IMG/VR virus record: IMGVR_UViG_3300006052_000009
Location: 8,895-72,894 of that record
Direction: 5' to 3' (one strand)
Length of the DNA stretch: 64,000 nucleotides
Origin: a virus
Every line of letters starts with the position of its first letter. The stretch's first letter is position 1. The notes below the pieces were generated by a model. The model searched no databases. It was not told where the DNA came from and saw only the letters and a program-made list of their open reading frames with translations. Shown one piece after another: positions 63,949-64,000 of this stretch. A program made the position numbers and the translations under genes.

Positions 63949-64000
63949 TAAATCATCATTATGAACATTACCGTTGGTTGATTCAATTTTCTTTTTGAAA

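Larger units (their letters stand above)
1..64000. mobile_element. Bacteriophage genome segment (Caudoviricetes, crAss-like or phi38:1-like, probable Bacteroidota host)
   Basis: TerL-portal-scaffold-capsid-tail-cargo gene order, dense small ORFs, and lysis genes. No ribosomal-protein or core metabolic operons. Bacteroidota-type TAnnTTTG promoter boxes. Confidence 0.95.

Noticed and set aside
1-64000. Stop-codon reassignment as in some crAss-like phages
   Set aside because: Long genes are intact in the standard code, TAG and TGA end genes at sensible boundaries, and no suppressor tRNA was seen.

Overview
The whole 64 kb window is part of a tailed dsDNA bacteriophage genome. It has a short-tailed crAss-like or phi38:1-like gene order and most likely infects Bacteroidota, since many TAnnTTTG -7 promoter boxes sit directly before genes and the leaders are A-rich and Shine-Dalgarno-less. 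From left to right: (1) leftward small genes, including a truncated metallophosphoesterase and three ribbon-helix-helix-like regulators (1-3830); (2) an AT-rich control/origin-like region with a long inverted repeat, a parS-like palindrome and three 23-bp operator palindromes (3840-5190); (3) a rightward early operon with DUF932 and an 18-bp repeat protein; (4) packaging and head genes (TerS candidate, GIY-YIG endonuclease, GH108 lysozyme, TerL, portal, scaffold, major capsid); (5) tail genes, with Ser/Thr/Asn-rich fibres interrupted by a glycosyltransferase and an intein-containing methyltransferase; (6) three ejection/cargo-like proteins including a 2485-aa polyvalent protein; (7) lysis genes, a double-GroES-like protein and a six-gene glycan-modification cluster; (8) leftward DUF3127, GroES, GroEL, VRR-NUC and RecE-like genes. 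The strongest novel signals are small basic genes nested in the +1 frame of the giant cargo gene plus an A10 slip site at its 5' end, a structured RNA element whose loop is antisense to the start-codon regions of five consecutive early genes, and a putative phage-encoded virion glycosylation system. All product calls come from motif recognition by eye. No database search was run.
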